DNA of 64,000 bases from a virus, in the IMG/VR virus record IMGVR_UViG_3300009094_001034, positions 33,174 through 97,173 of that record; one strand, written 5' to 3'. Below the pieces are notes generated by a model that saw only the letters and a list, made by a program, of their open reading frames with translations, did no database searches and was not told the DNA's origin. The position numbers and the translations under genes are program-made. This document shows positions 27,442 through 37,647 of the stretch, in pieces. How positions within the stretch are numbered: the first letter of the stretch is position 1; each line of letters opens with the position of its first letter.

Positions 27442-28248
27442 ATGAACGATGTGCCGCAGCCGACCGCGTACGAGGAACGTTTCATTGCGTTCGTGGATGT
27501 GTTGGGTTTCGGCGCGCTGGTGTCCGAGTCGGGAAAGCCAGGTGCGGATGCGGCGGGGACAATCAAGCGAATCTGTGATGCGATTCTGTGGTCGCGGGAA
27601 GAACTCGAAGATCTGTTGAGTGGTTCTTCCGATTTCGTCTTTACGCAGTTCTCAGACTCCTTCGTGATCAGCACGGAGGCGTCGAATGAGACCCAACGAT
27701 TCGGCCTCAGCCAGTTTGCCTTCGCAGTGCGCGCGATCATCGATTGTTTCCTCGGGTCTGACTTGGTTCTGCGCGGTGGTGTTACGCGCGGTCCGCTGAT
27801 TCATACGCGTGAACTTCTCTTCGGCCCTGCGATGAACCGCGCGTATGAGTTGGAGTCTCGCGTGGCGAATGTTCCTCGGATCATCTTCGACCCGGACATC
27901 CCTGCCGTCCGTGATGCGCTGATGACGGACTACATGCCGGACTACGTGGCGAGAGACACGGACGGGTTCTTTTACGTCGACTACTTCTCCCCTACGAAGA
28001 AGTTCTTTCTCGTTCCGAGCTGGCTGTACTCCATTCAGCGAATCATCGAAGCAATGCCGGTATCGGCGGCGCTCGCGGCAAAACGCGAATGGATGGTTGC
28101 GAAGTTCAATGCGCGCCTCGAGGGTTTCTCATTCGAAGCGTTCAAGGCACGGCTCGATGACTACGTCGACGACACGGACGCGATCAACGCCGTCATCGAA
28201 GACTACGAGAAACTCCTTGAGCCGGCGCGGCGTCTGCGACGGTTGTAG
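27442..28248 (+). CDS. Class III nucleotide-cyclase-like protein
   Basis: FIAFVDVLGF, QFSDS, LRGGVTRG and FGPAMNRAYELES...PRII. Confidence 0.7.
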   Translation: MNDVPQPTAYEERFIAFVDVLGFGALVSESGKPGADAAGTIKRICDAILWSREELEDLLSGSSDFVFTQFSDSFVISTEASNETQRFGLSQFAFAVRAIIDCFLGSDLVLRGGVTRGPLIHTRELLFGPAMNRAYELESRVANVPRIIFDPDIPAVRDALMTDYMPDYVARDTDGFFYVDYFSPTKKFFLVPSWLYSIQRIIEAMPVSAALAAKREWMVAKFNARLEGFSFEAFKARLDDYVDDTDAINAVIEDYEKLLEPARRLRRL

Positions 28249-28296
28249 GAAGTTCGAAGGCGGTGACGCCCGACCATCACCGCCTCGACGAACGAC

Positions 28297-28638
28297 TTAG
28301 ACCGTCGCGGTCTGGAGCAGGGCGAACACGTTCTGCCCGTGGCGGTTCTTCCTGTTCGCTGCGAGGCGTACGTCCAGCGCTTTCTCCTCCCTCTCCGTCA
28401 GGGGCGTGACGAGGATGCGCGGCGCGACGGCGTACGAACGTGCGATCTGCAAGCACGTCGGGAGGCGGGGCGTCGTCTTGCCGGCCTCCCACTGCGAAAC
28501 GGAGAACGGGCTGACGCCGAGCTCGCGTGCCGCATCCGTGATCGTGCGATCCGACATCACGCGGAGATGCTTGAGACGACGCCCGAACTGCTTGGGGGTG
28601 GTGGATACCTCGGACTCTGCAGTCGACTGTACTGCCAT
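28297..28638 (-). CDS. XRE-family HTH repressor
   Basis: FGRRLKHLR...AARELGVSPFSVSQWEAGKTTP. Confidence 0.85.
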   Translation of the reverse strand: MAVQSTAESEVSTTPKQFGRRLKHLRVMSDRTITDAARELGVSPFSVSQWEAGKTTPRLPTCLQIARSYAVAPRILVTPLTEREEKALDVRLAANRKNRHGQNVFALLQTATV

Positions 28639-28658
28639 GAGAATTGGGGGTAGGAAGT

Positions 28659-28689
28659 TGATGCGCAAACACTAAGTGTTTGCGCATCA
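28659..28689. promoter_or_regulatory. Perfect 31-bp palindrome, probable operator
   Basis: TGATGCGCAAACACT-A-AGTGTTTGCGCATCA between divergent HTH genes. Confidence 0.7.
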
Positions 28690-28838
28690 TTCTGCAACGA
28701 AGGTGTCAAGCGAACTTCGTCTCCATGGGTGCACTCTCCCCCGTGTAGAAGCCGCCTAACTCTCGTCGCAGCGTGCTACGATTTCTCGCGACACGACCAC
28801 TCCGGCGTGACCCATATGCGTCATGAAGGAGATGGTCG

Positions 28839-29210
28839 ATGGCAGTCACCAGACGCGGCTTCCTGCAGGGGATCGCTGCCGCAACCGCGAGCACGGCCCT
28901 CGTCGTGCGGTCGAACACCCTCCCAGCCCCACCTGTCGAGGTGCTCGAGGCGGAGATCCTCGGCGAGGAAGAGGTCGGATTCCTCCGGCCACGGGGCGCG
29001 ACGAAACTGGAGTCCTACCTACGATCGCGCGGCATCAAGCCGGCGCACCTCGCCCGAGAGTGCGGCTACAGCCGTCAGCATCTTCTCCGGGTTCGCATGG
29101 GGAAGATGGAGCCGACGCGGCGCTGCATCGCGGCCATCGTCGCGGCATGCCGACGCATTGCACGGGAGCGCGTGCAGCCCTCGGACCTCTTTGAGTTGGA
29201 GCGTCCCTGA
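28839..29210 (+). CDS. Cro-like HTH protein with an N-terminal twin-arginine-like segment
   Basis: KLESYLRSRGIKPAHLARECGYSRQHLLRVRMGKMEP HTH; N-terminal TRRGFLQG; GAAGGAG RBS. Confidence 0.7.
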   Translation: MAVTRRGFLQGIAAATASTALVVRSNTLPAPPVEVLEAEILGEEEVGFLRPRGATKLESYLRSRGIKPAHLARECGYSRQHLLRVRMGKMEPTRRCIAAIVAACRRIARERVQPSDLFELERP

Positions 29211-29437
29211 TGACGTTTCCGACGAACGTCTGCGAGTGCTCTCATCGCAAGGGGAAGCACTGGTTCACGACGACGAGCAAGAAGGCGCCGTGTCTAGAAT
29301 GCGCGTGCACCTCCTTTACGCCGGAACCCGTGTGCCGCTGCGGGCATGGCAAGAAGTCCCATGCGAAAGGCCCGTGTCATCACAAGTACCTCTGCGGATG
29401 CACACAGTTCCGCGACAGGACGGCAGCCCATGCGTAA
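29210..29437 (+). CDS. Small Cys/His-rich protein with two CxCxH...H...C...CxC..F units
   Basis: CECSHRKGKH...CLECACTSF and CRCGHGKKSH...CHHKYLCGCTQF. Confidence 0.65.
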   Translation: MTFPTNVCECSHRKGKHWFTTTSKKAPCLECACTSFTPEPVCRCGHGKKSHAKGPCHHKYLCGCTQFRDRTAAHA

Positions 29438-29807
29438 GAGCACGACGGTGATGCCGCTCGCCGGCGTGTTCCGTCAGGGGCAGCCGCTGCTCTCCACTGA
29501 GGATCAGGTGTTCCTCCCCGCTGCGGCCGTGGAAGCGGACGAACTCGTGTATCGCGTCGCCGATCACTCGCTATCGGAGTTGGAAATCCAGCCAGGCGAT
29601 CTGTTGATCGCTGAATTCAGGTCCAAGGCGCAGACAGGCGAACTCGTTCTCGTGCGGCTGGGAGAGCAGTGTTTCATCGGGCGCTGGTGGTCAAAACATG
29701 CAAGACGCGACGTGACTGGACCGGATGGCCAGACGGTGATCGCACGCGGGGCAGAAGTCCTCGCGGTCATCAATCTGATTATTCGGGGGTCATATGACAC
29801 GCAGTGA
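29430..29807 (+). CDS. LexA/S24-like domain protein, degenerate
   Basis: MPLAGVFRQGQP, YRVADHSL..IQPGDLLI and GELVLVRL; no Lys at the TVKR position. Confidence 0.65.
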   Translation: MRKSTTVMPLAGVFRQGQPLLSTEDQVFLPAAAVEADELVYRVADHSLSELEIQPGDLLIAEFRSKAQTGELVLVRLGEQCFIGRWWSKHARRDVTGPDGQTVIARGAEVLAVINLIIRGSYDTQ

Positions 29808-30282
29808 ACGTATCCGGCACATATTTCTGAAACAGCGGCGCTTTACACGGGAACACGCATCAGACGCGCTTGGGCGCTCGCTTCGCTGGGTGGAAGCCAA
29901 TCGATTCTCCAGAGAGAACGGCGGGTGGGTGTCCTGGCAGGAGATGGTGCTCCTCGCGTACGCGCTCTGGACCCGCGTGCAAATCGACAAGGCGCTCGGG
30001 GACGACGCCGCGACGGTCTTTCCGCCCCTCGCGCAGCTGACGACGCTCACCGTACGCGTCCCGATCTACAAGGTCGTCGGGCTTCGACGCGACGCCGAGC
30101 GGCGAAAGATGGACATGGATGAAATCATCAACGACGCTCTCGAAGTCGATTGGTGTGAGGCCCAGAGTATCGATAAGAGAGCTCCGGGATTCCTTGCGGC
30201 GTGGCACTTCCCGTATCCCTTGTCCAGATCGGATGGCTACCGCGAGGCGGCTGACCGACGTGGCGGATGTCCCGATGACTAG
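29794..30282 (+). CDS. Hypothetical protein, possibly DNA-binding
   Basis: Operonic overlap; HTH-like ASDALGRSLRWV. Confidence 0.5.
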   Translation: MTRSERIRHIFLKQRRFTREHASDALGRSLRWVEANRFSRENGGWVSWQEMVLLAYALWTRVQIDKALGDDAATVFPPLAQLTTLTVRVPIYKVVGLRRDAERRKMDMDEIINDALEVDWCEAQSIDKRAPGFLAAWHFPYPLSRSDGYREAADRRGGCPDD

Positions 30283-31087
30283 TGACTTCGACTGGCCCGG
30301 CGTTCCGTACAGCCAGTTCCTCCGACAGCAGCTCGCGGAAGCGACCGAGTACGAGTACCTCAACCCGCGCTTGGATCGGCGGTACGACCCCGTCGTGATC
30401 GGCGGGAACGCGATGCACCCGGTGCTGCAACGTGGCGACGTGATCCTCATCGACACGGGCAACACGGAGCCGGAGGACGGCCGGACCGTGGCCGTGCGTG
30501 TCGGGGGTGGTCGCACCATCCTTGGCTACTGGCGAGATCGTGGTGGAAAGCCCGTGCTCGAGCAAGAGCGAACGGACGCGGTGATCGACCTCGCACAGTA
30601 TCAAGGCTGGTCGATCTACGGCGTCGTCACGAAGATCATCGGCCGCGGCATCCCGCCGCATGCGCCACCACCCGATGTAGCATTAGAAACGGAGGCACCA
30701 CGCATGGATGTCACGCCAGGACAGGCGCAGTGGATTATTGAACGGCTGATCGCGGAGCGGAAGGTTTCGAGGGCGGACGTCGACAGGTACGTGGGCGACA
30801 TGGGGCGCGAGATCGAGGACATTGAAGCCCGTCTCGCGAGCCTTCGCGACATCGCCGCACCCGGTGCTACGGCCTCGCCAGCGCCTCGGAGCGCGGCTCC
30901 GGCCGCGAAGACAGGGAGACGGCGCGCCGGCGGAAAGAAGGGCCATCCTCGTGGCATCGCGGGAACGCTGGCCGTCCTCCTCCGATCCATCCCCGCGGCG
31001 GAACATGCGGCCATCGCTGCGATCCGGGCGAACAAAGGGATCAAAGCCGCCATCAAGGCAGCGCAGGCCGCAGTGAAGAGGACTTAA
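30275..31087 (+). CDS. S24-like domain in frame with an uncharacterised domain (internal RBS and ATG at 30704)
   Basis: IGGNAMHPVLQRGDVILID..PEDGRTVAV..IYGVV; GGAGG precedes MDVTPGQ. Confidence 0.55.
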   Translation: MTSDFDWPGVPYSQFLRQQLAEATEYEYLNPRLDRRYDPVVIGGNAMHPVLQRGDVILIDTGNTEPEDGRTVAVRVGGGRTILGYWRDRGGKPVLEQERTDAVIDLAQYQGWSIYGVVTKIIGRGIPPHAPPPDVALETEAPRMDVTPGQAQWIIERLIAERKVSRADVDRYVGDMGREIEDIEARLASLRDIAAPGATASPAPRSAAPAAKTGRRRAGGKKGHPRGIAGTLAVLLRSIPAAEHAAIAAIRANKGIKAAIKAAQAAVKRT

Positions 31088-31104
31088 CCAGGGAATGTAA
31101 CCAG

Positions 31105-31484
31105 CTAGATGCGCGCGAGGAGCGTGGCTGCTCGACAGCGTTGCGCGAAGCGCCGCAGACACTGCTGACACCGGATGTGCCGCTGGCCGTCGACGCCGCG
31201 GTACGAGAACACCGTGAGGTTCCTGCAGAGATCCTCTGTCGAGTCGTCCTCGCAGGGGACGGGCTTCGGGAGGATCATCCGGAAGGGCTCGGACATCAGG
31301 CGGCGATGTCGCAACTCTCGCACGAACACGAGGGGTGCTTCTTTGTGGTCGGCCAGGTGTGGCCGCAGCGGCATCGGGTGTAGGCCGCCGTGGTGTTGGC
31401 CGGGCTCCGCAACTCGCGTAGAACAGCACTCTGGTCTTGTAGAAGCCGGATGATCGCATCGAGCCTACTGGAGATGTCGTCCAT
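31105..31484 (-). other. Two small Cys-containing ORFs (31296-31484 and 31105-31296)
   Basis: Coupled ORFs downstream of the promoter at 31513-31541. Confidence 0.45.
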
Positions 31485-31593
31485 GTAGTCGTGGTTGCTG
31501 AATGTCGTCCTGACCCTACCCCTCGTCGTCAGGCAATACAATGGCAATAGCGCTCGACATGGCCGAGACGCACTTCATCTACAGGAGTGCGAC

Positions 31594-31881
31594 ATGGAAC
31601 GAACGAGACGCTTCCGCCGGCCCCGCTTCAAACCCGAGGAAGCCGTGGAGCCTGACCCAATGCTCGTCACCGCGGCTGCCGGCCTCCTGTCGGTGATGAC
31701 CGGGATTCCCGATCAGCCGATGGAGCTCAAGCAGATGAGCGCGCAGGACGCTATGCGATTCGCTTCCACGATCCGCGATCCCGATTCCCTCGCGTTCATC
31801 CTGCGTGTGATCTTCGAGGCGTACGGCGTGAGCGAAGAGGCATGGGTGCGCGCCGTGAACGGCGCCGGGCCTGTGGTTTAA
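31594..31881 (+). CDS. Hypothetical protein
   Basis: AGGAG RBS before ATG 31594. Confidence 0.55.
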   Translation: MERTRRFRRPRFKPEEAVEPDPMLVTAAAGLLSVMTGIPDQPMELKQMSAQDAMRFASTIRDPDSLAFILRVIFEAYGVSEEAWVRAVNGAGPVV

Positions 31882-31918
31882 CAACCTGATCAACGCATGC
31901 GAAGGCGCGCGAGGATGC

Positions 31919-34368
31919 TCACTGGACGTCGGGGGAGAGGGGTTGATTCTCGTGAAGTCGCCGCTCCTGTTCGTAGATCTCATGCCAGTACTGCTCCTCG
32001 GACTTTCCGAGGCTCCAGATGAACACACGCCATGCGATGCCTCTGATGAACAGACGAACGTGATCAGCGAGCGTTGTCTTTTCCATTAGTGCGAGTGGGT
32101 GACGTTTCGGGAAGCGAGGGCGGATCGTCCGGCGGCGATGTGACCGCGCGTTAGGGTCACCTGCGAACCGTCCGCGCGCTGGACCAGGATCGGGATGGCG
32201 TCTGAGTCAGGCACCGTATCCATCCAAGCCTCCAGCGCTTCAACGATCGGGCGCAACGCCTCACGCAGCCGTGCGATCTCGGCCTGCTGGCGGTCGAATG
32301 TTCCCTGCATCCTGTGGCGGACGTAACACGGGAGACACGCGGGCTCACCGTCTGACAGTTCGTCACACGCGCAGGGCAGGATGGATCCAAGTTGCTCGCG
32401 GAACTCGATCTCCGTGTAGCTCGTGTATTCGTTCATGCTGCTTCGTTGGTAGGGGCTGGGGTGGGATGTCCGGGGCAACCAGTCTGGTAATCGAAACCTT
32501 CACATTGGGGCGTGAGTGGAATCACGCGATGGCCCTTCGCGAGTTCGTCGTACAGTTCGTCCCGGAACTGATCTGGCGTGAGCGGGCGTCCATTCTCGTC
32601 CGTCGCCGATTTCGCCATTCCGTTGAACATCCGTTTCGGCCAGTTGAGCGCACCGCGAATATCCAGGCACATGTGGATCGTCTTGTTCATGTTGTCTGGT
32701 CGGTATGGGCTGGGGTGTCTTGTAAGCGGTAGGGGTCGACCAAGGCATCTGAGTAGCCGTGGTACTTCCGCTTGTGGGTGATGCAGGGCAGCGGGTCCTT
32801 CACCCCGCACATGCCACAGGCGTCGATAATCTCTTTGAGCGCTTCGTCAGCGAAGGCTGTGATCGCTCGGCAGTCACTCCGGAGTCGCTCGATCTCGCGG
32901 TCCTTCTCTTCGATCATGGCGAGGAGTGCGGCGCTCATGAAGTCTTCGGAGCATCGTCCCTTGCTGCCTCTTCCGCGATATCAGCAGCCCACTGCTTGTT
33001 GCCGTCGTATGAACGATGTGAAGCGAGCTCTTCGAACTCTTCTCGGGAGACTCGCTTCGTCTCATGGGCCTGAGACGGCGTGATGTCGCAGGGCGGAACA
33101 TAGAGGCGATACAGTATCGAGTCCGCGGTCACGTCGTCCACATGCAACCATGCGTTCGCCAGGCTCTCAACCCATCGATCCCCGACCAAAGGCTGCGTCT
33201 TTGCGCGCGCCTTGGCCGCATCGGTCGGCATTACCTCGCGAGCAGAGAAGCCCCGCTTCGTGTATCTGACGATTTCAATGTCATCGCTCATAGTGAATGT
33301 TAGGAAGGTGATGTGCGGTTCGGATTCTCCAACTTCATGTCACGGCGTAGCGCGTGGATGAAGCCCGATAGCCCAGTATGCGATTCGGAGTTGTTATCCA
33401 AGTCCTCCATCATCTCGATAGCCCACTCGGCGCCGGCCGCCCATGCCTGTTTCGCCGTCACCGCCTGACGTCGAAGCGCGATGAGTTCTTCCATGGCCGG
33501 CCCGAGCGCGTGCTTATCGCAGTAGCGCTTTCCGTGGAACGCGAGGCCGCCCCACTCCTCACAGGGCGCATCACCATCCCAGGAACATGGGTTCGGCGTG
33601 TGATCGACGGGCTCGATCTTCTTCTGAGCCGGGATGCGCGAGCGAACGTCAAAGGACAGGAGTCCGCCGAAGCGCTGCAGATCGCTCGTGATCGCCATGA
33701 ACACCTGCTGGCCCTTCACCTCCGTCAGGTCGTGCTCGATGGTGACGCTAAGGAACTCGCCCGCCTTGTCTCCGAGGAAGTCCGCGCTTTGGTACATGAA
33801 CGCCAGGTCGAGCGTCGCCACGCCGGCGAACTTCGTCCGCAGGAAGCCGTGCAGTTCCACCAAGTACTGCTCGATCTCCGGCGCGTTCAGAAGGAAGGCG
33901 TTGACCTCTTCGGAGTAGTTGCGGCTGTACTCAAGCTCAATGCGGATCATGCGTCCGTCGAGATACGCATCTGACCGAGCAACGGGATCAGTTCATCCCA
34001 CTCCTCTGGCCAAGAGATCTTGAGCACACTCGTGAGTTTGTAGAGCGCGCGTCGGTTCTTCATGTCGAGCATCTGCACGAGCGCATACGCGTCTTCGATG
34101 CTGGCCGCGTCCACGCGCGCGATCTTCTCGGACCGATAGCCGTACTCGTCGCTGTAGTGCGACCAGATGGCGCGAAGAAGGTGCTGCACCTGGATGAACT
34201 GGGTATCGGTGAGCGTCACGCCGTGAGGTGTTGACATGCGTAGAGGCCGATGCCAAACCAGACAGAGAAATACGTTCCTTTCTCGAAGTCACCCTTGGCC
34301 ACGGATATCAGTGCCAGGAAGAAGCTGGCCAATGTTGCGACGGTCGCCAATGCGATGAGGACGATCAC
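31919..34368 (-). other. Cluster of small coupled phage ORFs (31919-32086, 32086-32436, 32433-32690, 32687-32938, 32935-33291, 33300-33950, 33947-34237, 34216-34368)
   Basis: Stop/start overlaps on a single strand, downstream of the promoter at 34407-34435. Confidence 0.6.
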
Positions 34369-34492
34369 GGTGGGCAGAGTGAGGAATCAGGAGGGATGTC
34401 GATCTGACCCTACGCTCGGGGCCGCCACATTGCAATGCAACGGTCAAGCGTTCTCGCGCGAGGCGTACACTCCATAGGTCCGGAGGAAAACC

Positions 34493-35338
34493 ATGTGTAA
34501 CGCGATGCTTCGCAGTGCACTCGCTGCCGTTGTCGTGTACCTCGCCGTGCCGCTCTACGCCGTCGACTGTAGGACACGGAAGTTGAGCTCTGCGGAGACG
34601 CTGGATGAGATCACGAACCAGCATCGAACGTTCGCGCAGATGCACGAGGTGTCGACGATCCAGATCGCACTCCGGCGAAACATCGCGGCGATCACGAGGG
34701 TCCGGGGTTACCGAAACATCGTCCCCATGGCGCAGTCGGTTGAGTTGAGCCGCGCGGCGCTCGCGTACGCAGAGAACATCTGCATTCCGATCACGGCGGT
34801 GGAGCACAAGACACTCGCGACGATGTTCGTCGGTATCGTGGCGGCGACGGAGAACACGGACGGTCCGGCGATCACCCGATTCGTGAACCGCCTCGAATCA
34901 GGAAAGAAACCGACCGAGAACGAGAAAGCGGCGAAGAAGGCCGCGACGATCGCCGCACGGCAGGCCGCTGGCGCCGCGGTGGGAAACGCGGTCGGGGAAC
35001 TCACCGGACAGAAGGTCGGCGAGATCGTCGGGAAGGTGGTTCGTGGAGGGCCGATCGGTACGGCGGTCGGCATCTTGCTCGGAGCCTCCGAGATCGGACC
35101 GGGTGACGTGCGCCCTGCCCCAACCGCTACGCCCAGTCCGACGCCGGATCGGAGTTCCAGCGGCACGGATCACGAGCGACCCGGCAGCATTCACGATGGC
35201 AACGTCAACGACGCGCCCAGAGAGACGATCGACCGAGCCAGCAGAACGGCCTATGTCGCGATCGAACCCACCGCCCGCGAGAAGAACAACCAGCGCATCA
35301 AGGACGCGCGCGCTGCGATCAAGAACGCCAAGCACTAG
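34493..35338 (+). CDS. Secreted protein with a glycine-zipper-like segment
   Basis: GGAGG RBS; signal-peptide-like N-terminus; AAGAAVGNAVG...GGPIGTAVGILLG. Confidence 0.55.
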   Translation: MCNAMLRSALAAVVVYLAVPLYAVDCRTRKLSSAETLDEITNQHRTFAQMHEVSTIQIALRRNIAAITRVRGYRNIVPMAQSVELSRAALAYAENICIPITAVEHKTLATMFVGIVAATENTDGPAITRFVNRLESGKKPTENEKAAKKAATIAARQAAGAAVGNAVGELTGQKVGEIVGKVVRGGPIGTAVGILLGASEIGPGDVRPAPTATPSPTPDRSSSGTDHERPGSIHDGNVNDAPRETIDRASRTAYVAIEPTAREKNNQRIKDARAAIKNAKH

Positions 35339-35385
35339 CGCGGCACGGCGAGTATCTTGTCGCAACTCGGCCGCGGTACACAGCG

Positions 35386-36174
35386 CTAGCAGTCGTACGG
35401 CAATGTGCGCGCGGGCGTGGAGCAGGAGCGCCGGATGTACCGCGGCAATCCATCGGCCTTTGGTGCGTACTCGAAGCACGCGGTCCAGGCCGGCCGGAAG
35501 ATGCGGAGGTACCGATAGTCCACACGAAGCTCAACGCTGCCACCGATCTGGTCACTCGGCGGGATCATCGTTGGCACCATGCACCGAAATGTGTGTGCGT
35601 CGCCTGGTCGCAACATCGCGATGTGTTCAGTGCCGCACGCACTCTTCCTCTCACCCGCAGGCGGGAGTGCAAATTCGAACTCATCAATGCACGGCTTGAC
35701 CGTGGTGCTTGTAACGGTTTTCTGCTTCGTGATGTCCGTGATCGAAAGAAGACTCTCGTTTTGGAGCGTGAAGAACCAGAGAGCTGCGTCTTCTCGAGGC
35801 TCCATCGAGATGCTCACCTTCGGCCAGAGCACCAACAACGCGAGAGCAAGCGCGCCGATCGCGTAGAGCGCACGGAAGATCTTCCGTGCCCGTATCCGCG
35901 CCTGCATGCGCCTCCTCGTGTGGCGTGACATGGGTGGAGCCTGCGCTTCCGGCGGAGCCGGTGTTGTCTCAGGCACCTCGGCCAACGCCGGAGGTGCTAC
36001 CGCATCTTCGGCAGGCAAAGGCGCGGGTACGACAGGCGCGAGTGCCACGGGAAGGGGTGCTGCCTTCGGCACCTCTGGCGATGGACGTGTTGTCCCTTTC
36101 CTGCGCCCCTTGTTCTTCGCTTGCTCGGACTTTCTTTTTTTCTTCTTCGCCACCGGTTCCGAAGTGTAGTCCAC
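35386..36174 (-). CDS. Single-pass membrane protein
   Basis: Basic/Pro-rich N-terminus, one TM (ALYAIGALALALLVLW) and a Cys-containing C-terminal domain. Confidence 0.5.
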   Translation of the reverse strand: MDYTSEPVAKKKKRKSEQAKNKGRRKGTTRPSPEVPKAAPLPVALAPVVPAPLPAEDAVAPPALAEVPETTPAPPEAQAPPMSRHTRRRMQARIRARKIFRALYAIGALALALLVLWPKVSISMEPREDAALWFFTLQNESLLSITDITKQKTVTSTTVKPCIDEFEFALPPAGERKSACGTEHIAMLRPGDAHTFRCMVPTMIPPSDQIGGSVELRVDYRYLRIFRPAWTACFEYAPKADGLPRYIRRSCSTPARTLPYDC

Positions 36175-36210
36175 GACGACTCTCCATCTTCTCCGTCCCG
36201 AAGAGCGCAG

Positions 36211-37644
36211 TTATTCGAAACGCAGGTCCATATCCGCCTTCTCCACGCCCGTTGCCGCGGTGAGCAGGAGCAGCGCCCGCGTCATCGCCTCGTGCGAGCT
36301 CGTGCCTTCACCTGTAACGGTGTTGGCGGTGCAGGTGTAGCGGCCTTCGCCCAGGTACTCCCAGTGAAGGCTGACGGGTGGTTTCTCCTTCGTCATGCGA
36401 GCGTCCCGATGCCGACCAGGTGGCCGCGCACCGCTTCGAGTTCCGCGCGTGCTTCGTCGTAGCTCGTGGCCTCCAGCATGTGGATCTCGCGTGCCGGCTT
36501 CCAACTCATGAAGGGTCGGTCCGGTGTCGATGCGGGGTCGTTCGGATGCACGATGCCGATGAGGCGATCGGAGACCTGGTGGATCTCGACGATGTTTTCC
36601 TTTGCGATGATGACGCCGTAGATGGTGCGGGGAGCGTGCTCGTCGCGGTCGTCGGTGGAGCGTGGTGTGTCGATCACTGCATGTGGGGTTAGGTGAAATC
36701 AGGGCGATCGTCGTCGTAGTCGTGCGGAGGATTTACCTGTTCGTGGTCGACACAAAACCACTCGTCTGTTTCATGCTCTTCCATCCCTCGGATAGTTGCC
36801 AGCACGGCGTCGAGGACTTCGCGCTCATGGGTTGGTTGGCTCCTAAAGCAGACGGTATCGGACAGCGTCGTCTTTCGACCATCGCCGTACTCAGCGTCGA
36901 TCAGAGAGAGTTGAATGCGGATGTAGGCGTGTCCACAATCTTCCTCGAACGTGAAGGTTGTGCCGGGCTTGTAGGAGAGCTGGCGAACGATGTCAGCGAT
37001 CTCCGCATGAGTCATTCGATTCTCCGCGACCAACGATGCCTGATGCACTACAGCAGGGTGTTAAGGGGTGGGCTCGTCCTCTGCGCTCAGGCATGCCGCT
37101 TGTGAAAGGCAGAGGTAGTGCTCTTCGATGCCTTCGTCGCCAGTGAGAACGGGACAGCCGCGGGCGGCGAGTGCGTCTTCGATGAGGAAGCGGAGGTCGC
37201 CAACCGTTTCGAAGTCGAGATTCATACTGGAGAGGCTGGGTGCGTCGGCGATCGTGGCGTCGGGCATTAGATCAAGGTGTTAGGGACGGGCGTGAGCACG
37301 GGAGCGATCGGCGCGGAGTCCGGCACCTGCCGCTTCGTGAAGTTTGGTAGTTCGCTTGCGCCGTTCAGGCGCGCAATTACTTGGTCGATCATCGAACGGA
37401 GTTCTGGTTGATCTGCGATTGCGCGGAGCGTTCCTTGCGTTTCCAAGAGCGCCCACGATCCGTCGCCGCGCTTCCAGTAGGAAACGAGGAGATCCCCTGT
37501 TTCCGAGCGGATGATCCAGCGTCGGTACCGGCTCAGCCCGGCCGCATGCCGGCGCAGGTGCGTGTCGAGCTTCGACCGATGCACAGCCTTGCTGCAGGTC
37601 GGACAGATCTTGGTGGTGAAGATGCGGGTGAGAGCGGTAAGCAT
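36211..37644 (-). other. Cluster of small phage ORFs (36211-36396, 36393-36677, 36689-37048, 37061-37267, 37267-37644)
   Basis: Co-oriented and closely packed. Confidence 0.5.
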
Positions 37645-37647
37645 CTG

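Noticed and set aside
27442-28248. Pycsar or CBASS assignment
   Set aside because: There is no adjacent cNMP-binding TM/TIR effector and no CD-NTase motifs.
32040-32070. CTGATGA as a hammerhead ribozyme core
   Set aside because: There is no properly placed GAAA or flanking stems, and the region is coding on the minus strand.
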